Below are positions 25,884-37,744 of a DNA stretch of 64,000 bases, in pieces. Under the pieces are notes generated by a model. That model saw nothing but the letters and a program-made list of their open reading frames with translations, was not told the origin of the DNA and did no database searches. Both the position numbers and the translations under genes were made by a program. How positions within the stretch are numbered: the stretch's first letter is position 1; each line of letters begins with the position of its first letter. Source of the DNA: Eledone cirrhosa. Lineage: Eukaryota. The stretch is taken from the NCBI GenBank assembly GCA_964016885.1, contig OZ024760.1, positions 31,310,001-31,374,000 of the forward strand, written 5' to 3'.

Positions 25884-26804
25884 GTATGTCAGGTCACCAG
25901 TTGGTGCTACTGGTAACATGTATTCCAGTACAACCTGTCTCATGGTCGGGTCGTTGGCGACTAAACTGGCAACCCCACCAAGGTTTCTTAGTGAGGAGGG
26001 TGACTTTGGACATTCTGCAGGACTAAAAACAAAACCTGTCAGGGCAAAGGAGCTCTTAAGAGTCAATGGCCATCCAAAATCACCGGGAGAGATGACCCCT
26101 TAGCCTTTGTCAAGGCAGAATTCTAGGAGAAGGAAAACTCTGATATAACACCTGCAACCCTGATGGTATCCAATGATGTTGACTTGTTCTTCTTTTTGGT
26201 AAATATCATCTTGGTTAAGAGAGTGGGACTGGCTTTGTGCAGTGCCTTTGATCACTATAAAAGTTTCACGGCACAGGCATTGCTTTATATCTGGAGATTT
26301 CTCTGCACTTGTCGTCACATGGTACCATGGGCCCAGCACTATGTGTCAATAATTGTCCCAAGTGTAGTGTTTGTACCAGAGTTTTTCAAGTCACTGGCTG
26401 GACTAAAAAGTCACTCTCATTCAGCGCATCGGTAGGGGTTCTCCTAGATGGATATAAAGTAGTGGCCCTACTCGAAAACGAGTTGGCAGCCACCATGTAT
26501 GTATGTATACATATGTATATACATATAATAAAGTATATATCCCTACACGCAAAAAGCGTCTAGGGACACATGTATTGTCCAACCATATGCCAATGTGGTT
26601 CAATGGCAGGTTAATAAATTAACGAGCCAGAACATATATAATCAAGGTTTAGCAAATAAGAAAAAGTTTCAAAATAAATTTTAAAAGATTCACTGTACTC
26701 ACTATGGTTACCTTTACCGAATCAGTTTCGAGTCTCAAAAATAAATGGACAGTCCTTGCAGCCTTCCATTGAAAACATATGTATATATATATATATATAT
26801 ACAT

Positions 26805-28912
26805 GTGTTCAAGATTGCGAGGCAGTGTGTCAGAGAGAATTGTGATGTCATTGGAGAGAAGTGTATCCGGAATGATAAAGGTGAGCTTGCCCTCACAAGT
26901 GCTGAGAAGAAAGATGCGTGGAAGAGCCATTATGATAGATTACTAAATGAGGAGAATGCACGGGAAGAAGAGACCCTACCCCAAGTAGACCCTACAGAGG
27001 GGCCAGCAGTACAAGTCAGCAGCAGCGTAGTAAGTAAGGCAATCAAAGATATGCAGACGGGGAATGCAACCGGTCCATCAGGTACAGCTGCCGAGATGCT
27101 GAAGGCATCTGGGACAGTAGGTCACACTATAATTACACGTATTCTTAACCAGGTAATACTAGGTGTCATACCAAAGGATTGGTGCAGTAGCATTATTGTC
27201 AACTGCTACAAAGGTAAAGGTGATGCACTAGATAGAGGAAACTATAGAGGTATAAAGCTGATGGCCCAGGTCATGAAAGTAACAGAAAGAGTTATAGAAC
27301 AGTTGATTAGAGACCGGGTGAAACTAGATGAGATGCAATTTGGGTTTGTACCAGGAAGAGGCACCACTGATGCCCTCTTCTTTGTGAGGCAGTTACAGGA
27401 AAAGTACCTAGCTAAAAGTAAGCCACTCTACTTGGCATTCGTCGATCTCGAGAAAGCCTTTGACAGAGTTCCACGTGCTATAATCTGGTGGGCTCTTAGA
27501 AAACTAGAGGAATGGCTTGTGAAAGCTGTACAAGCCATGTATAGGGGAGCAGTCAGCAAAGTTAGGATTAGCAATGAGTATAGCGAGGAATTTAGCGTAC
27601 AGGTTGGTGTCCACCAGGGCTCTGTTCTTAGCCCTCTCCTGTTCATCATAGTCCTGCAGGCAATAACGGAGGAGTTTAAGACCAGATGCCCATAGGAACT
27701 CCTGTATGCAGATGACCTCGCACTTATAGCTGAATCTATGGTAGAACTAGAGAAGAAATTCCAAACTTGGAAGCAGGGACTAGAAAGAAAGGGTCTCAAA
27801 GTCAACCTGACAAAGACTAAGGTCCTTGTAAGTAGACGAGAAAACAGAACCCAGATCCCCTCAGGGAAATGGCCTTGCTCAGTATTTAGGAAAGGTGTAG
27901 GTAGGAACTCCATTCTCTGCCCCAAATGCAAACAATGGGTACACAAGAGATGTAGCGGGATCTCAGGAAGCTTAACTAAGAATGTAGGCTTCACATGTAG
28001 CAGCTGTACTAGGACAGCAAGCAGGAAACAAGTACTACCAAACTCTGGGAGGGCTCTGGAGAAACAGTAGATAGCTTCTGCTACCTAGGTGACTGAATTA
28101 GCAGCGGAGGTGCGTGTTCGGAAAGTACAATAACTAGGGTAAGAACAGGATGGAAGAAGTTCAGGGAGCTACTGCCACTGCTAACTGCAAAAGGCTTTTC
28201 CCTCAAAATGAAAGGCAGACTGTATGATGCGTGTATATGAACAGCAATGTTACATGGTAGTGAGACCTGGGCGCTGTCTGTGGAAGACTTGCGTAGATTA
28301 GAAAGAAACGAAGCCTGCATGCTCCGATGGATGTGTAATATACGCGAACGGCAAAGCATAAATGAATTGAGAGAGGGACTGAACATAAGAGGAATCAAAT
28401 GCTGTGTGTAGGAGAGGCAGTTGCGTTGGTATGGACATGTGATGCGTTTGAAGGATGACAGCTGCATAAAATGGTGCAGAGCACTAGAAGTCAATGGAAA
28501 CCGCGGAGTGGGGGGACACGAGAAGACCTGGGATGAGGTGATAAAGACCGACCTTACCCAATTACACCTCTCAAAGGCGATGACACCCGACCCCCCACGG
28601 GTACAAGCCGTAGCTGAAGCATATAGACAATATGCCTCCACTGCAAAGTGGTCTTGGAGGTGCCACGGCAAAAAAGCACCCAGCCCACACTGTAAAGTGG
28701 ACGTGTAGGCGCCATGGCAAAAAAGCACCCAGCACTCACTGTAAATGAGGTTGGTGTTAGGAAGAGCATCCAGCTGTAGAAATCAAGCCACAATCAGTTC
28801 CCGTAGAGCAAGACATGGTCAGCCGACCAGACACTGCCCACAACAGGACAACCCATCTAACCCATGCTAGCGTGGAAGAACGGACGTAAAACGGTGATGA
28901 TGATGATGATGA
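26805..28912 (+). mobile_element. RTE LINE, 5'-truncated, several stops
   Basis: ORFs 26745..27695, 27738..28070 and 28421..28708 closely match the 12172-14510 copy; (GAT)n tail. Confidence 0.92.
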
Positions 28913-28954
28913 TATACATATACATATACATATATAAATATATATATATATACA

Positions 28955-31160
28955 GTGATATTAAATAAATGGAAACTATATTTATAAAACCATATTTATT
29001 CTATTATATGTATTTCAAGAGTACTAAAAACTTTGGTACGCTTTCATCAGATAAAATACAAAGTGTGTTTGACATAGCCAAAGAACATACCTTAATGGTT
29101 GAAGTTTTCCTTGGATAGTGTAGTTAAAGACAGATTTTTCAAAATTGTTATGATGAGTATGCAAATGAATATGTAAATGAGGTTGAGGTATAGGTTTGAA
29201 AAAACGTTATTTTAGACGCTATGGAGAATTTAGATATGTGTTTGTATTTGTATGAGTAGAAAAGAAAGAAAAAAGAAAGAAAAAGAAAAAGGAAAGAAAA
29301 AGAAAAGAAAACCTTATATTTACGTTAATTTTGGGGAAAAAATTTGAATATTTACCTATATTATGTATATACTTATATGGAGAATTATGTTTGTAAGTAT
29401 TTATCTTATTACAATTTTGTAGTAGGTTATATGTATAAATATCTGTATATATTAATAATTGCATATGCATTAGTATTAAAGAGATATAGATAATTTACAA
29501 TTATTAGTTGTTTATAATATGAGTTACGAGGGATTTTGATTTTGTGTTTTATGTAAATAAATTGGTGGTTCAAGTTGTGAGAGGAGAACAATTTATAGAT
29601 TTGAATATTTTGTTCAGCATTGAAAATGTTTTCATAATATTGTTTAAATTAGCGAAGTTACATATATAATAAGTTTACACGATTAAGAAAGGAAAGATAA
29701 CTCCAATTTTGTTTGTTAATCGATAAATTTGAAGAATGATTTAGGAAATTATATATTATTTAGTGTAAGATTAATTATTTTAGTCGAAAGATGTGTGAAT
29801 ATTTGAAAATCAAAAAAACAGAGGAGATACGTAATGTGCTTATCTAAGAAACTGTCGTGAAGACGATACATTTTTCTAATGTCAGTTAATGATTATCAAT
29901 CTACATCTAAAAAATATATCTTTAGAGGGTGTCATTAGAAAAATAATAATGTAAGAATTAAAAATTAAAAATTAAAATTATATACATATATATATATAAA
30001 TATATATATATATTAAAAGAAATTTTTGCTGAAAGGTAAAAGTATTACAAATATTAGAGATATTCACATTTAGAAATATTAAAATATTAAAAATATTAAA
30101 AATTTTAAATTGTTAAAGAGGATAGGATCATTTTGAAGGTTTATAGGGATATTATAAATTAAACATAGTTCTGAACGTGGAATTTTGGCGATGTCTGCAA
30201 GAGGAAAATAACTCTGTTCTGAGATTAATAGAGTTTTTACAGTTAATTATATAAAAAATTTCTTCGATACACAATTTACAGAATCTTGATAAAGCCATAT
30301 TTCAGTATGCAGGTGCTTTCGAAATCGTTCTCCAAGATATTGAATAGTCTAGATTATTGCCTTTTAAGTTCCAAATTAGATGTGAAAGTGAAGTAGAAGA
30401 TTTTTTATCAGATCTCCTAAATGTGTGTTTATGGTTATTCCAACGTTCTTTAAATTTTGTAGAAGTGGCACCAACATAGTTAAATATTTTGTCTCTAGTT
30501 TTAACTGCATTTATAAACTACGTTTTTATCTAAACAATTATTTTGTAAAGGGCAGTTTGATTTGATTCTACAGTTACATTTAATGGAGTTGTTGTTGCTC
30601 GGAACGGTACTATTATACTGGATATTGCTAGAAATATTATTATTGCTATTTTGGTTATTTTGGTTAGGGTTTAAATTTAAGTTTCTATTATTAATTCTAT
30701 TTATATTTTGTGCTATGTTCATAGTAGTAGAGTAGGATAGTTTTATAGTATGTCTGTTAAAGATTGAGTGGTATCTGTGGGCTTTAGGAAAACATTTATC
30801 TAGTGCTTTAAAGAATAGCTTTGCTAAAGGTGTTTTAACGCTTAATGAGAATGGGGGGAGTACCAAATAATATTTCTAGTTCTAGTTCGAGTACCAAATA
30901 ATATTTCTAACTTAAGGTTGTAGTTGTTGAAAAATTGTATTATGGATTTTCTTTTCCTATTAATTTCACAATTGTTATGGTTTTCAATTAAAAGCAGCAT
31001 ATCGTCACGATATAAACCACCGGTCATCTCTGGCATTTTCCTATGCAGTACATTTTTAATAAATAAACCAACGAGATCCGTTATTTGCGCTGAGTCAGAT
31101 GATCCCATAGTGATAATTCCATAATCAAAATTGTTTTTTCTGTCGGCTCTTGTCCAGAGA
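28955..31160 (-). mobile_element. Penelope-like element, 3' part (partial RT, GIY-YIG endonuclease, 3' UTR/pLTR), inverted copy
   Basis: Minus ORFs MGSSDSAQITDLVG..GLYRDD and CNCRIKSNCPLQNNCL..VVYKC. Reverse complement of 31190-32758 with an internal deletion near 30905. Confidence 0.88.
28997..29058 (-). ncRNA. Minimal type I hammerhead ribozyme motif at the PLE 3' end
   Basis: Minus strand: tattttat CTGATGA aagcgtac-caaagtttttag-tactctt GAAA tacata TA atagaata. Stem I is 8 bp with one GU pair. Confidence 0.75.
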
Positions 31161-32758
31161 TGTGTTTTACACTAATAGAATTCAATAATCATTTCTGGAC
31201 AAGAGCTGACAGAAAAAACAATTTTGATATCACTATGGGATCATCTGACTCGGCGCAAATAACGGATATCGTTGGTTTATTTATTAATAAAGTACTGCAT
31301 AGGAAAATGCCAGAGATGACTCATGGTTTATATCGTAATGATATGCTGCTTTTAATTGAAAACCATAGCAATTGTGAAATTAATAGGAAAAGAAAATCCA
31401 TAATACAATTTTTCAACAACTACAACCTTAATTTAGAAATAGAGAATAACTACAAAATCATTAACTTCTTAGATGTAACCTTAAACCTTAGCACAGGTCT
31501 TTACTATCCTTTCCATAAAATTAACGAAAATCTAAATTACGTAAGTTTTAACTCTAATCATCCTAGAAGTATTAAAAACACTATTGTCAATAGTGTTCAA
31601 CAACGGATTTCACGCATCTCTGCTAATAAAAATATTTTTGATGATAAGGCTGAATATTATAATGAAGCTTTACATAGAGCAGGATATTCGAATAAAATTA
31701 AATACATTGATAACAATAACATGGCAAATCATCCTAGTATTAATTATAATAATAATAAACAATTTAACTTAAACACTAAACCAAACAAAAAAACTAGAAC
31801 TAGAAATATTATTTGGTACTCCCCCCCATTCTCATTAAGCGTTAAAACACCTTTAGCAGAGCTATTCTTTAAAGCACTAGATAAATGTTTTTTTAAAGCC
31901 CACAGATACCACTCTATCTTTAACAGACATACTATAAAACTATCCTACTCTACTACTATGAACATAGCACAAAATATAAATAGAATTAATAATAGAAACT
32001 TAAATTTAAACGCTAACCAAAATAACCAAAATAGCAATAAATAACATTTCTAGCAATATCCAGTATAATAGTACCGTTCCGAGCAACAACACCACCATAA
32101 AATGTAACTGTAGAATCAAATCAAACTGCCCTTTACAAAATAATTGTTTAGATAAAAACGTAGTTTATAAATGCACAGTTAAAACTAGAGGTAAAATATT
32201 TAACTATGTTGGTGCCACTTCTACAACATTTAAAGAACGCTGGAATGACCATAATCGTACATTTAGGAGATCTGATAAAAAATCTTCTACTTCACTTTCA
32301 CATCTAATCTGGGATTTAAAAGACAACAATATAGACTATTCAATATCTTGGAGAACGATTTCGAAAGCACCTGCGTACCGAAATACGGCTTTATCAAGAT
32401 TCTGTAAATTGAGTATTGAAGAAATTTTTTATATAATTAACTGTCAAAACTCTATTAATTTCAGAACAGAATTATTTTCTTCTTGCAGACATCGCCAAAA
32501 TTCCACGTTCAGAACTATGTTTAATTTATAATATTCCTATAAACCTTCAAAATGATCCTATCCTCTTTAACAATTTAAAATTTTTAATATTTTTAATATA
32601 TGTATATAATTTTAATTTTTAATTTTTAATTCTTACATTATTATTTTTCTAATGACACCCTCGAAAGATATATTTTTTAGATGTAGATTGATAATCATTA
32701 ACTGACATTAGAAAAATTTATCCTCTTCATGACAGTTTCTTAGATAAGCACATTACGT
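31160..32758 (+). mobile_element. Penelope-like element RT-thumb and GIY-YIG fragment
   Basis: ORF 31160..32044 (FDITMGS, GLYRND, INFLDVTLNL, SNHP, IIWYSPPF, IKLSYS), then a shifted frame CNC..CP...C, VVYKC..YVGAT, SSCRH. Confidence 0.9.
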
Positions 32759-33694
32759 AAATAATGCTAAATAATGGTTCCTACTTTAGGCACAAGGCCA
32801 GTAATTTGGGGGAGGGGAAAGTCGATTAAATAGACCCCAGTGTATTACTGGTACTTTATTTTATTGACCCTGTAAGGATGAAAGGCAAAGCTAACCTTAA
32901 TGAAATTCGAACTCACAACGTAAAGGGCCATAACTCTGTGCCACAAAGCATATTGTCCGACGCTCTACCAATTCTACTGCCAATTCACCGCCCTAGTAAT
33001 AATGTGTCAAATGATGTCACTAGAAAATTTCACTTTTAAACAGTTAATGTCATGGAAATTGAATGTGTACAACCTAAAGCTACAGTTTCAATCCTTGGAC
33101 CAGTCAGTCCATCGTTTTCTTGAGCAAGAGATTTGATTTCATGTTGCTTCAATTTACTCAGCTGCAATAGCTGCAAGCTAATCCTTCAATGAACAGGCAA
33201 CATCCTGTATTCTTAGTTGTTTTACATCATTGAAACTAAGATCAACTACAGCCCTTCAACTTGACACAGAGTTTAACTTAATGTCTTTAAACTCATCCTG
33301 GTGAAAGTATGTGGCTTAGGGGTTAGACAGTTGGATAAACACTCATGAGGTTGTGAGTTTCATTCTTAGGCTGGGTGATCCTTGAGCAAGACACTTTATT
33401 TCACATTGCTCTTTCTGCCAGGTGTTGTGACTGGCAGATAGCATGAACTGGAAAGTCCAATGGAAACATTATCTCCTTGGTCCGATTTAGTGAGCTCTTA
33501 AGTGAAGAAAGTCTAGGATCTTGTCATTTTAGATTATTCTGTGTCAATTGTATTTATTTGTGAAACTCGTTCTTGTTACAGTTTCAAAAGCAGACAATGT
33601 ATTTATGTAGAACCCAGCTCACAATCCAACTTGTTTCCCTGTCGAAAAGTTTTCTACTAGTTTTTTTTATTTGTTTTGTTTGTTTCCTTATAGC

Positions 33695-34160
33695 AATGTC
33701 ATCCAGTACTGGGCTCCAAAACTATGGTTACATTGTGAAATGGGTTTGGCGCAGCCAACTGGCATGTCCCTTCTCGTATTGGTGTCATCCAGTACTGGGC
33801 CACAAAACTGTGGTTGCACTGTGAGACGGATTAAGCTCCTTATATTGGTGTCATCCAGTACTGGGCCACAAAACTATGGGTACCCTGTAAGACGGATTAA
33901 GCTCCTCATATTGGTGTCATCCAGTACTGGGCCACAAAACTGTGGTTGCACTGTGAGACGGATTAAGCTCCTTATATTGGTGTCATCCAGTACTGGGCCA
34001 CAAAACTATGGGTACCCTGTGAGACGGATTAAGCTCCTCGTATTGGTGTCATCCAGTACTGGGCCACAAAACTATGGGTACCCTGTGAGACGGATTAAGC
34101 TCCTCGTATTGGTGTCATCCAGTACTGGGCCACAAAACTATGGCTGCGCTGTGAGACGGG
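33695..34160. repeat. 66-bp tandem repeat, about 6 copies
   Basis: ggtgtcatccagtactgggccacaaaact... recurs at 33781, 33847, 33913 and onward. Confidence 0.9.
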
Positions 34161-34371
34161 CTCGGCGCGGCCAACTGACCAGTCCCTCCTCATAACAGGG
34201 CCACCCACTTCCACACTGTGAATGTGGTTGGTGTTAGGGAGGGCATCCATCTGTATAATACACGGAAAAATATACAGTCGTTGCTGGAGCAATGTGTGGA
34301 ATGGCCAACCTTGGCCAGAGTTGCCTCTCGGTGTGGACGACCTATTTAACCCATGGAAAAATGGAAGCTAA

Positions 34372-34568
34372 ATGGTGATAATGATAATGATGATGGTGAT
34401 GGTGATGATGTTGATGATAATGATGATGATGGTGGTGGTTGTGATGATGATGATGATGATGGTGGTGGTGATGGTGATGATGGTGGTGGTGGTGATGATT
34501 GTGGTGTTGATGTGGATGATGGTGGTGGTGGTGATGATAGTGACAATGATGATGATGATACTGATGAC
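34372..34568. repeat. (GAT/GGT)n microsatellite
   Basis: Seen directly; follows a decayed RTE-type tail (acccatggaaaaatggaagctaaatggtgat). Confidence 0.9.
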
Positions 34569-34669
34569 AGAATTCAACAGCAGCCTCTGTAAATGTTGGA
34601 GTATTTGGAGATATTAAGAATGTTATTGTTATGTTTCCTTTTAAATCTCCTTTTTCCTCAATGTTGCAG

Positions 34670-34969
34670 CTCTCAATATTGACGCTCTCACTCTGCCCTC
34701 ACCACATAACATATTGCTATATTTTCACAAATTACGCAAATGGGATCAACTTAGTTATTTACTTGTGAGTGAGTTCGCTTCCCAACATAAGAGAGACACA
34801 TCCAAACTGACCTTACTAGAGATATTGGAAGACTTCACAATAAACATCCCTCCAATTATTGATCTATTAATTGCAAGCATTTTGATGAATGGTGCACCAT
34901 GTGTATATTTATGCTCTTATAGAAAAGCACCAGCACTGCATGTTGCAGCAGAGATAGCTGCCGTTTCAG
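34670..34969 (+). CDS. Host gene exon (300 nt): (A)LNIDALTLPSPHNILLYFHKLRKWDQLSYLL...PALHVAAEIAAVS
   Basis: Polypyrimidine tract and ttgcag| ... TCAG|gtgagg; phase 1 in and out; same frame as ORF 34714..35079; ankyrin-like PALHVAA. Confidence 0.88.
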
Positions 34970-35551
34970 GTGAGGAAACACAACATTCTTTCATTTATGA
35001 TTTCTCTGTTATGATAATATTACAATCCATTTATATCTATATATTACTAGAACTCTGTGATTGCTTGTCTGTAATGTAATACAGCCAAAAGGGTGCATAA
35101 TGGGAAAATACTTTGAAAGGAAGTTGACCCTGAAATGGGGACACAAATGGAATAAAATAAGTTTCGCGTAAAATCAAAGCACGGGTTCCCGAGATATGGG
35201 GTTTTCTGGGTACCTTCATAAACAGAGAGAGAGAAAGAGATAGTGGTTCTGAGAGAGTAGATTGAAAGAGAGACTTAGAGAGAGAGGGAGAGGAGACAGA
35301 GGAGGAGAATGGAAGAGAGAGAGCAGGTGGTGTTGTGTATATATATATATGAGTATGTGTGTATATATATATATGTGTGTGTGTCTATGATCAGTGTATA
35401 TAGATCACAGACACCCACACATATATATATATACATACACACATATATATATGTATGTAAAAGGTAAACAAGTAAACAAAAATAACAACACAATTGGTAC
35501 AGTATATGGAAGGTATATATTAGGTTAACGCTTGAAATAGCAGGAAGAGGG

Positions 35552-35587
35552 TCTTAACGTTTCGGATGCTAGTCCTTCATCAGAAGA
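35552..35587 (-). ncRNA. Minimal type I hammerhead ribozyme motif
   Basis: Minus strand: tctt CTGATGA a-gga-ctagca-tcc GAAA cg TT aaga, with palindromic ACGT in place of stem III. It lies inside repeat 35455-35686. Confidence 0.65.
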
Positions 35588-36859
35588 AAGAATGAGAAAT
35601 AAGATAGATTGAGGGGACGGGCGGGTTGGAATTGGAAAAAATGTCTTTAGATAAAAATAACAGGTCCATTCATGTTGACATCTCTTGCAATATCTATATA
35701 AACACACATTTATATATATATATACACACACACATATATATATATGGGCCTTCCAGTTTCATTTCACATTATATACATGTCTGTGTATATTTTAATTATT
35801 TAAAAATTATTTTTAAGTGAACGTGATTTTAAAAAAATATTTTGAAGTGAACGTGACCCCACGAGTGAGGGGTGGTCTAGTTTACGTTAAAATCTGGGAG
35901 TCACTATATTTTCTAAAGTTTGTCTCAAACCTGGAGGCTCATCAGACCAATGTTTATTCCTGTTTCCATGGTGTTAAGTGAGTGAAAGTACAAGACTTCC
36001 CCTGGACATGACACCAGTCCATCGCAGGGTTAAACCCCCAGTACTCATTTACAGCTGAGTATACTGGAGCAACGTGAAATGAAGTGTTTTGCTCAAGAAC
36101 ACAACTCAGTCCAGGAATCGAACCCACAACATTATGATCCTAAGTCCAACACCCTTACCACTACACCACGCGCCTCCACAAATATATTCTGCACATGAAA
36201 ATATATATATATGTTTTGATAAATGAAAATAAAAGAGGTGAAGTTTAATCAGTTGTTTTACGATTGTTTGAGAAGGTTAATTAGTTTTGATAAATCAATA
36301 CAGCGACTAATTGATTGTGGCTGCTGTCGGGTCTCCAATAATTTGTGTGATACAAGCAGGGATATTTCCAGGCAGAGTTATATCAAAAGTGTTAGTGTAT
36401 GTGTAGCTTAGGGGATAGATAGTTTGATTCACAATCGTGAGGTTGTGAGTTTGATTCCTGGACCAGGTGATACATTGTGCCCTTCAGCAATGTCACTGGT
36501 GTCAAGTTGTATTGGCCATTGCCTTTCCCTTGGACAACATTACATATAGTGTATATCGTGTATACATATGTCTGCTTTCAACATTAAATATTAACCTCTC
36601 TTTAATATTTAACAGTGCAACCCTAAACATTGAGCACACCTCGCTTTCGCTATCGGCATCTAGCATATTGTATCACAACTTTTCTTCACTCTCCTCCCTT
36701 CTAAGATACTTATCTCCTCTTTATATATACATTTAAATCGAGACAGGTAAACCATATTATTTTAAATTAGTATTTTTCAACCTAGCTAATTTGGTCATTT
36801 GTAATTCGAACACATGTATACTTGTATCGGTGTTCATCCCTCTCATATATTCATTTATG

Positions 36860-36897
<38 letters not shown>

Positions 36898-37373
36898 TAC
36901 ATACATATATATATATATATAAGGGCAGTGGATTGGTAGAGGGTCGGACACCATGCTTTCCAGCATAGTTGGGTCCCTTTACGGTCTGAGTTCAAATCCC
37001 GCCGAGGTTAACTTTGCCTTTCATCCTTACGGGGTCAATAAAATAAAGTACCAGTAATGTACTGGGTAATTTCTGGCCTTGTGCCAAAAGTAGAAACAAT
37101 TATATATATAATGTATATATGAGTTGTGATGTCATTTGTGCCAAGCTGTATCAACCATTGTCTTTGCCTTGGACAACATTGGTGTCAGGGATCGGAGAGC
37201 CCGGTATACATGGGTGATTGCTGGTCTTCTACAAAAACACCTTGCTTGAGGTTGTGCCTTGAAGGGAAACTTTCTTGCTGCAAAGCCCATGGTCATTTGT
37301 GACCAAAGGGCGTCCTTTTACTCTTTTAATGTCATTTAAATAAAGACTGACTGTTTTTATTGTATTCATTCAG

Positions 37374-37586
37374 GAAACTTCACAACATTTTATTATGTCC
37401 TTAAATGGGCAGCTACGTCTAAAGATGAACTGAATGCCAGAAGTAAGAGTCGACAAACAGCTTTCGAGATAGTTTGTGATTTTGTTGAGTCTCACTCATT
37501 AAACTGTATAACAGTACTGACACAACTTCTGCATCATAACTGTTCCTTTCCTGACCCCACATCTAACTGTTGGACTAAGATTCCAG
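37374..37586 (+). CDS. Host gene exon (213 nt): (G)NFTTFYYVLKWAATSKDELNARSKSRQTAFEIVCDF...CWTKIP
   Basis: ttcattcag| ... CCAG|gtaaac; stop-free, phase 1 in and out; LNARSKSRQTAFEIV resembles an ankyrin repeat start. Confidence 0.85.
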
Positions 37587-37744
37587 GTAAACGTGCTGCT
37601 ATCCTATTGTTATTGCTGTTGTTGTTAGTGTTGTTGTTAGTGTATCTATCTATCTACCTACCTACCTACCTATCTATCTATCTGTCTACCTATCTATCTG
37701 TTTATCTATTCTGTCTATCTATCTATCTATCTCTCTATCTGCCT

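Noticed and set aside
26705-26775. Hammerhead in the 26.5-kb copy of the 16.3-kb family
   Set aside because: Only the GAAA...GUA-aagg half is present; the copy is truncated by (TA)n before CUGANGA.
33671-34195. 174-aa repetitive ORF
   Set aside because: It arises from a 66-bp (multiple of 3) tandem repeat and has no splice sites compatible with the gene model.
34353-34617. Asp/Gly-rich or Met/Val-rich ORFs
   Set aside because: They come from a (GAT/GGT)n microsatellite tail of a retroelement.
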